DNA from: an uncultured Wenzhouxiangellaceae bacterium
GTDB lineage: Bacteria; Pseudomonadota; Gammaproteobacteria; Xanthomonadales; SZUA-36
Direction: 5' to 3'
Assembly: GCA_964511515.1 (NCBI GenBank)
Contig: CAZEFU010000001.1
Span: forward strand, 1 to 33,681
Length of the DNA: 33,681 nt
Below are positions 27,872 to 33,681 of the stretch, in pieces. The notes under the pieces are model-generated. The model worked only from the letters and a program-made list of their open reading frames with translations, made no database searches and had not been told where the DNA came from. How positions within the stretch are numbered: the first letter of the stretch is position 1; the number at the start of each line of letters is the position of its first letter. Position numbers and translations under genes: made by a program.

Positions 27872-29559
27872 TCAGCTAAGCTGGCATCACGAATTGCTTT
27901 AAATTCATTGCCTTCATACCAGTATGGAGTCTCACTACTGTTAGCAAAGTGCTCACCAATCTTAAAGAACAGCTCTACATCTTCAACCATCCCGCGTAGA
28001 TCCCAGTCATCATTAATTTCATCACCAGGGGCATGGTAACGGTTGGCAATATGATAGGCGTTTATATCACGCATCCATTGCTCGCCTTTTTCACGATGTT
28101 TAACTCCGCCCTTGGCATACAAAACTGGAACACCGCGTTTAGCAAAGTTAAAGTGATCAGAGCGGTAGAAGAAACCTTTCTCTGGAGTAGGTTCAGGTTC
28201 TACCATACGGTTTTGCGATTTCGCTGCAATTTTTAACTGGTCTTCAAGGCTTGAACTACCATAACCAACCACCACGACATCATCAGACGGGCCGTAAACG
28301 CTCAAAGCATCCATATTGATGCCGCCAACAGTCTTATTTAACGGAAAGGCAGGGTTGGCACCGTAGAATCCTGAACCCAGCAGGCCTGATTCTTCAGCAG
28401 TTACTGCCAGAAAGCCAATACTACGGGCAGGGGCTTGGTCTGATTGAGCAAAGGTGTTTGCTAGAGCGATTAATGCAGCAATACCGCTGGCATTATCTAC
28501 CGCACCGTTATAAATATTGTCACTGCCATCGGTTACAGTTGCATCTGTACCTAAATGATCCCAGTGTCCCATATAGAAAAACAACTCATCAGCTTTAGTA
28601 CTCCCAGGAATGATTCCGCCGATATTATATGAGCTAGATTTTTTTAAACTGTTTTGTAAATGAACTGATATATTCCACTTTAGTGGGATGGCTTCGAAGT
28701 CATTTGAGAGTGCTTCAAGTTTTAATTCTTCGAAATTAAAGCCCGAACTATTTATCATCTCAGTGGCGATATCATTAGTAACCCAAGACTCGAATACTAA
28801 TTTATCCATATTGCCATTGTCACTATCCAGTACTAGTTGCGGTCCAGACCATGAGGATTCAACTACTTTCCAGGGATAAGCAGCAGGTGCTGTTTCATGC
28901 ACAATAATCATCCCAGTTGCGCCTTGGCGCGCAGCTTCTTCATATTTATAAGTCCAGCGGCCGTAGTAGGTCATGGCATTGCCATTAAATAGATTTGGAT
29001 CTTGGGTTGCGAAACCTGGGTCGTTAACCAACACCATAACGGTTTTACCTTTTACATCCAGACCCTTGTAATCATCCCATTCATACTCTGGGGCAACAAT
29101 GCCATAGCCGGCAAATATTACTTGTGAACTCATTACACTCACACTGTCAACAACCTGGCTAGTACCGAGCATTATTTCTGGACCATATTTAAGTTGTTTC
29201 CGGTTCTTGCCTTGGCGAATACTTATTTTTATAGTTTCAGGTTTTGCGGTTATTGAAACCATTGATACTTTTTGCCTGTAGCTATCGCCAAACATCGGTT
29301 GCAAACCTGCATCGCGATATTTTTTCTCGATGAAATCCATAGTTAGCCTGCCGCCAGCGGTACCCGGTGCTCTACCAGCGAAATGATCAGAAGATAGCAC
29401 CTCGATATCTGCCATCATCTTCTCCACTGTAATGAATTGATTACTAGGCAGGATTTGCTCTGCCACCGATTCAGTTTTTGGCTGATGTTGGCAAGCATTA
29501 ATTGCTAAAGCTAAGATAATGATAGTTACCAAGCGGGATAAGAGTATTGCTTTGTTCAT
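27868..29559 (-). CDS. M28-family aminopeptidase with PA domain, exported (possible lipoprotein)
   Basis: The metal-ligand motifs are MGHWDHLG, GAVDNASG, TAEESGLLGS, YRSDHFNF and YHAPGDE. The N-terminal signal ends LALAINAC. The likely start is MNKAILL at 29559. Confidence 0.88.
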   Translation of the reverse strand: MNKAILLSRLVTIIILALAINACQHQPKTESVAEQILPSNQFITVEKMMADIEVLSSDHFAGRAPGTAGGRLTMDFIEKKYRDAGLQPMFGDSYRQKVSMVSITAKPETIKISIRQGKNRKQLKYGPEIMLGTSQVVDSVSVMSSQVIFAGYGIVAPEYEWDDYKGLDVKGKTVMVLVNDPGFATQDPNLFNGNAMTYYGRWTYKYEEAARQGATGMIIVHETAPAAYPWKVVESSWSGPQLVLDSDNGNMDKLVFESWVTNDIATEMINSSGFNFEELKLEALSNDFEAIPLKWNISVHLQNSLKKSSSYNIGGIIPGSTKADELFFYMGHWDHLGTDATVTDGSDNIYNGAVDNASGIAALIALANTFAQSDQAPARSIGFLAVTAEESGLLGSGFYGANPAFPLNKTVGGINMDALSVYGPSDDVVVVGYGSSSLEDQLKIAAKSQNRMVEPEPTPEKGFFYRSDHFNFAKRGVPVLYAKGGVKHREKGEQWMRDINAYHIANRYHAPGDEINDDWDLRGMVEDVELFFKIGEHFANSSETPYWYEGNEFKAIRDASLAE

Positions 29560-29586
29560 AGTAAAGTCCATTGCTTAAAAAAATTG

Positions 29587-30594
29587 TTAGGGCAGTATGC
29601 GTGGTTCTGCTTGTAGTTCGATACCGAATCTCTGATTAACATCATGTTGTATTTGTTGTGCCAGTAGCCACAGCTCTGCGCCTGTACTCCGGCCGTAGTT
29701 TACCAGCACCAGCGCATGATTTGTTGCGGTTCCAGCATCCCCTAGGCGTTTGCCTTTCCAGCCGCACTGTTCAATCAGCCAGGCTGCGGATATTTTTGTG
29801 CTTGCTTCTGCTTGTGGCCAGTATGGGATGTCTGGATTTTTCTCCAGCAGTGCAGTCAGTTGTAACTCATCTACAAGAGGGTTTTTGAAAAACGAACCGA
29901 CATTAGCTAAGATTGCCGGGTCAGGTAGTTTCTGCTGGCGCAGACTACAAATAGCCTCGACCACATCTGTTGCCCTTATCTTCTCAATTCCGGAGTCTGC
30001 AAGTTGCTGTTTTAGGCCCGAATAAGAAAGCCTGAATTTAGGTTTCTTAGCAAGCTTAAGAGTTATATTTAGAATCCAGTAGCGATCAGGCTGCTGCTTG
30101 AAAATTGAATTTCGGTAGCTCAATTCACAAGCTGCGGCTTTGAGCATAAAATGTTGTTTCTTCTGTGTGTCCCACACCTCTACCAGCTCAAGGGTATCAC
30201 TCAGCTCTACTCCATAAGCGCCTATGTTTTGCACAGGGGCAGCCCCTGCAGTGCCAGGAATCAAGGCCAAATTCTCTATTCCTGAAAGCCCTTGCTCAAG
30301 CGCCCACAGCACAGTTTCATGCCAGTTAGCTCCCGCCTGAATGCGAACATAGGCGTGCTTATCTGTGGCATCAATTATTTGCCGTCCCTGGAGCTGATTT
30401 AAGATTACATCGCCAGGGTAATCATCACGGAACAGTATATTGGTACCAGCGCCGAGCATTATGGGTTGGTTTAAATCAAGTTTGCTCAGGCTTGCCAGGT
30501 CTTGGATGTGGCTAAGTTCAAATAGGCGCTCACACTTTGCCGGTACTGCAAAGCTATTGTGATTTAGGAGGTCGTTTGAGGGCAGGGCTTGCAT
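29587..30594 (-). CDS. murB: UDP-N-acetylenolpyruvoylglucosamine reductase
   Basis: It has an FAD-binding PCMH domain (MLGAGTNILF, GIENLALIPGTAGAAPVQNIGAYGVE) and a C-terminal MurB domain (NVGSFFKNP, SAAWLIEQCGWKG, HALVLVN). Confidence 0.92.
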   Translation of the reverse strand: MQALPSNDLLNHNSFAVPAKCERLFELSHIQDLASLSKLDLNQPIMLGAGTNILFRDDYPGDVILNQLQGRQIIDATDKHAYVRIQAGANWHETVLWALEQGLSGIENLALIPGTAGAAPVQNIGAYGVELSDTLELVEVWDTQKKQHFMLKAAACELSYRNSIFKQQPDRYWILNITLKLAKKPKFRLSYSGLKQQLADSGIEKIRATDVVEAICSLRQQKLPDPAILANVGSFFKNPLVDELQLTALLEKNPDIPYWPQAEASTKISAAWLIEQCGWKGKRLGDAGTATNHALVLVNYGRSTGAELWLLAQQIQHDVNQRFGIELQAEPRILP

Positions 30595-31634
30595 TATTCC
30601 TGATTAGTTGCTTGCGGTGCAGAAATTGCTTTACTAAGATCGTAAATCAGCCCAGGGCCTTTGTAGATAAAACCGGTATAGATTTGGATTAGATCAGCCC
30701 CTAAGTCGATTTTTTCCTGGCCATCAGCTGCAGAGTTGATTCCACCAGTACCGATTAGGTTGATATTATCTGGTAAGGCTTGGCGGAAGCTCTGCAGACA
30801 TTGGTTGGCAAGGTCAAATAAGGGTGCACCAGATAAACCTCCGGCTTCATCGGCATGCTCTAGCCCGATAACTGTCTTCCGACTGATGGTGGTATTGCCG
30901 GCGATTACTCCGGCTATCTGATTTTCTGCAATACAGTCAGCCATAGCTGTAATTTGCTCACTATCTAAGTCGGGTGCAACCTTGACCACCAGTGGCACCA
31001 GTTTTCCATGTTGCTCGGCCAGTTGTTGTTTGCGCTCATTCATTGCCTTTAGAAACTTATCTAACTCATCTGCCGCTTGTAATTCACGCAAACCAGCTGT
31101 GTTTGGTGAAGAAATATTCAGGGTTATATAGTCGGCATGCGGATAAACTTTTTCCAGGCAGTACAGGTAGTCATCTAGTGCGTGTTCATTTGCAGTGTCT
31201 TTATTTTTGCCAATATTAATTCCCAGAACACCTTGCCAGCGGCGTTTTTTTACCTGCGCAACAAGGTGGTCTACACCCTTGTTGTTAAAACCCAGGCGAT
31301 TGATCAGTGCTTGTGATTTCTCCAGTCTGAATATGCGTGGTTGCGGGTTGCCTGCTTGCGGCTTGGGAGTCACAGTGCCAATTTCAAGAAAACCGATACC
31401 TAAGCCGCCAAGTGCATTTATATAATCACCGTTTTTATCCAAACCGGCAGCTATACCAACTCGATTGGGAAACTCAATGCCCATAACTGTGCATGGGTCA
31501 TTTACCGGGGTCTGGCATAGCCAGGTACGCAAGCCCACAGAATTACCCAGCTTGAGCGAATCAAGTGCCAGGCCGTGGGCGGTTTCCGGTGGAACCGTAA
31601 ACAAACCCTTGCGTAGTAGATTATATAAGCCCAT
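30594..31634 (-). CDS. pyrD: Dihydroorotate dehydrogenase (quinone), class 2
   Basis: It reads GIAAGLDKNGD, EIGTVTPKPQAGNPQPRIFRL, INRLGFNN, LNISSPNT and GTGGI. Its stop overlaps the murB start (TAATG). Confidence 0.93.
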   Translation of the reverse strand: MGLYNLLRKGLFTVPPETAHGLALDSLKLGNSVGLRTWLCQTPVNDPCTVMGIEFPNRVGIAAGLDKNGDYINALGGLGIGFLEIGTVTPKPQAGNPQPRIFRLEKSQALINRLGFNNKGVDHLVAQVKKRRWQGVLGINIGKNKDTANEHALDDYLYCLEKVYPHADYITLNISSPNTAGLRELQAADELDKFLKAMNERKQQLAEQHGKLVPLVVKVAPDLDSEQITAMADCIAENQIAGVIAGNTTISRKTVIGLEHADEAGGLSGAPLFDLANQCLQSFRQALPDNINLIGTGGINSAADGQEKIDLGADLIQIYTGFIYKGPGLIYDLSKAISAPQATNQE

Positions 31635-31645
31635 GATAATTTCGC

Positions 31646-33163
31646 TTACAGATCGAACTTGATACCTTGCGCCAATGGTAGTTCAGTTGACCAGTTAATG
31701 GTGTTGGTTTGTCTGCGCATATAATTTTTCCAGGCATCAGAACCAGACTCACGACCACCACCAGTTTCTTTCTCGCCACCGAATGCTCCGCCAATTTCAG
31801 CACCAGAGGTACCGATATTTACATTGGCAATACCGCAGTCTGAGCCGCTGTAGGAAAGAAATATTTCAGCATTTCGTAAGTCTTTGGTGAAAATTGCAGA
31901 AGAAAGCCCCTGTACAACATCATTCTGCATCGCCACCGCCTGTTTAACAGTATCAAAGGGAATTACATACAAAATTGGTGCGAAAGTTTCGGTTTGGACT
32001 ATATTCCAGTGATTTTCAGCTGTGATTATCGCTGGTTTGACAAAAAAGCCTTTGCCATCGATGCGCTCGCCACCGGAGAGAACTTCACCGCCTGCTGCTT
32101 TGGCTGAATCTACTGCCAGTAAAAATCTCTGTACTGAAGCCTCATCGGTTAACGGCCCCATCAATGTATCTGGGTCTAGCGGGTCGCCAATGGAAACTTG
32201 GGCATAGCCATTAACTAGCTTTTCAACAACTGTATCAAAGATGCTTGAATGAACAAATAAACGGCGTGTGCTGGTACAGCGTTGCCCAGCGGTGCCAACA
32301 GCTCCAAAGACAACTGCAGGTATTGCTAGTTTAAGATCCGCAGATTCATCAATAATCAGGGCATTATTGCCGCCTAGTTCTAACAGGCTTTTACCCATGC
32401 GGCTAGCAACTTTATGACCAACCTGACGACCAATTTCAGAAGAGCCAGTGAAAGACACTAGAGCAACACGCTTATCGTCTACAAATTTCTCTGCCAACTT
32501 GTGCCCAGTTTCCATAAAGCTAAGGAAAATTGGTGGGAAGTCATGGTCAGCCAGTGCCTGATTACAAATATTTTGCACTGCAACCCCGCACAGGGCACCT
32601 TTTGGTGAAGGCTTCCAAACGCTTACATTACCGCAAATTGCGGCCAAAAATGCATTCCATGCCCATACTGCCACAGGGAAGTTAAATGCTGAAATAACTC
32701 CAACCACACCCAAGGGATGCCATTGCTCATACATGCGGTGATCCGGGCGCTCTGAGTGCATGGTAAGACCGTAGAGCATACGCGATTGGCCCACAGCAAA
32801 ATCACCGATATCGATCATTTCCTGTACTTCGCCATCGCCTTCGGCTTTTATTTTGCCCATTTCCAGGGCTACCAAACTACCGAGTGCATCTTTGTGCTCG
32901 CGCAGAGCATTGGAAACGATGCGAATGGCTTCGCCGCGCCTAGGTGCAGGTATTTGTCGCCATTGGGCAGCCACACTAACAGCCTGCTCGATTACCCGCT
33001 CATAATCCTCATCTGAGGCGGCATATACTCTGGCGATAATCTCGCCTGTAGATGGGTTAATTGAGTCAATAACTCCTGCATCTTGTGTTGATGACCACTC
33101 GCCATTGCCAAAGTAGGCACCAGAGTTGTAATCATTAATGCCTAGTTGTTTTAGAAAATCCAT
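31646..33163 (-). CDS. amaB: Aldehyde dehydrogenase, ALDH7/antiquitin type (probable L-2-aminoadipate-6-semialdehyde / piperideine-6-carboxylate dehydrogenase)
   Basis: The N-terminus [18 protein letters not shown]...[12 protein letters not shown] is typical of ALDH7-like enzymes. It has the catalytic-Glu region LELGGNNA and the Cys region [13 protein letters not shown]. The substrate assignment is by family resemblance only. Confidence 0.8.
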   Translation of the reverse strand: MDFLKQLGINDYNSGAYFGNGEWSSTQDAGVIDSINPSTGEIIARVYAASDEDYERVIEQAVSVAAQWRQIPAPRRGEAIRIVSNALREHKDALGSLVALEMGKIKAEGDGEVQEMIDIGDFAVGQSRMLYGLTMHSERPDHRMYEQWHPLGVVGVISAFNFPVAVWAWNAFLAAICGNVSVWKPSPKGALCGVAVQNICNQALADHDFPPIFLSFMETGHKLAEKFVDDKRVALVSFTGSSEIGRQVGHKVASRMGKSLLELGGNNALIIDESADLKLAIPAVVFGAVGTAGQRCTSTRRLFVHSSIFDTVVEKLVNGYAQVSIGDPLDPDTLMGPLTDEASVQRFLLAVDSAKAAGGEVLSGGERIDGKGFFVKPAIITAENHWNIVQTETFAPILYVIPFDTVKQAVAMQNDVVQGLSSAIFTKDLRNAEIFLSYSGSDCGIANVNIGTSGAEIGGAFGGEKETGGGRESGSDAWKNYMRRQTNTINWSTELPLAQGIKFDL

Positions 33164-33367
33164 AAACCTTTACCTGCTTGATGTAATTTGATGATGTATA
33201 AGAATCCTGTAATTATCGCACTTTTCTGACTTTCAGACCGATGAAATTAATTCTCATGGATGAAAATATTAGCCTTGAATCTATCCCCTACAGACCCAAA
33301 TTTAACTTCGTGCATGTTATTCTTTGCTGCATAAATAATAATATTGTAAATATTCACTAATTTTTTA

Positions 33368-33394
33368 GAACTAACCCGCCTGATCGTTGTCTTT
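33368..33394 (+). promoter_or_regulatory. Candidate sigma-E-type (autoregulated) promoter upstream of rpoE
   Basis: GAACTA (33368-33373), a 16-nt spacer, then TCTTT (33390-33394). The sigma-E/AlgU consensus is GAACTT-N16/17-TCtgA. The -35 match is good and the -10 match only partial. Confidence 0.25.
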
Positions 33395-33434
33395 TTAAGT
33401 GACGGAGCAGGCCGGAACGATCAGGGTGGCCTGC

Positions 33435-33681
33435 ATGGGCAGTAAGGATGAAACAAATAAGTCTCAGGTAGAGACTGCTGATGAGAATCAGCAGCTTAGT
33501 GACCGTCAGGTCGACCAGTTACTGGTCGAGCGGGTACAGAAGGGCGATTCGCGGGCTTTTGATTTACTGGTGCTGAAATACCAGAACAGAATCATTAACC
33601 TGGTTACACGCTTTGTCTCTGATCACAGTGAGGCTCAGGATGTTGCTCAAGAGGCATTTATTAAGGCCTATAGAGCAATTG
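33435..33681 (+). CDS. rpoE: ECF sigma factor RpoE/AlgU, N-terminal 82 codons (continues off the right edge)
   Basis: Hand translation from the ATG at 33435 gives MGSKDETNKSQVETADENQQLSDRQVDQLLVERVQKGDSRAFDLLVLKYQNRIINLVTRFVSDHSEAQDVAQEAFIKAYRAI. From LVERVQKGD onward it is co-linear with E. coli RpoE region 2. Confidence 0.9.
   Translation, partial: MGSKDETNKSQVETADENQQLSDRQVDQLLVERVQKGDSRAFDLLVLKYQNRIINLVTRFVSDHSEAQDVAQEAFIKAYRAI

Overview
This 33.7 kb window looks like a chromosomal segment of a Gram-negative bacterium, probably a gammaproteobacterium. That guess rests only on gene content: an RpoE/AlgU-type sigma factor, a 1647-aa GdhB-type NAD-glutamate dehydrogenase, YaiL/DUF2058 and FkpA. 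Most of the window is densely packed core metabolism. It holds purB (partial), fumC, a YtrA-type GntR plus ABC exporter module, a fused ATP sulfurylase/APS kinase, fkpA, ugd-uxs-yaiL, an ArsR-methyltransferase fusion regulator and an acyl-CoA dehydrogenase. It continues with gdhB-nadK, a cN-I type 5'-nucleotidase, gcdH, a minus-strand string of amaB-pyrD-murB-M28 peptidase-NUDIX, and the 5' end of rpoE. I saw no rRNA, tRNA, CRISPR array, transposase or integrase. The one clearly accessory stretch is about 19.6-25.1 kb, which is visibly more AT-rich than its flanks. It encodes five co-directional secreted proteins with no assignable function: two paralogous right-handed beta-helix proteins bracket two divergent jelly-roll-like proteins, followed by a 75-aa pre-peptide. 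All four large proteins end in the same extreme C-terminal motif, [LIP]-[IL]-[FL]-[TA]-[DN]-[GD]-F-E, followed directly by the stop in three and by Ser-Asn then the stop in one. I cannot match this motif to any sorting signal I know, and it is the best candidate for something undescribed. All functional calls come from reading the supplied translations for family signatures; no database search was run.
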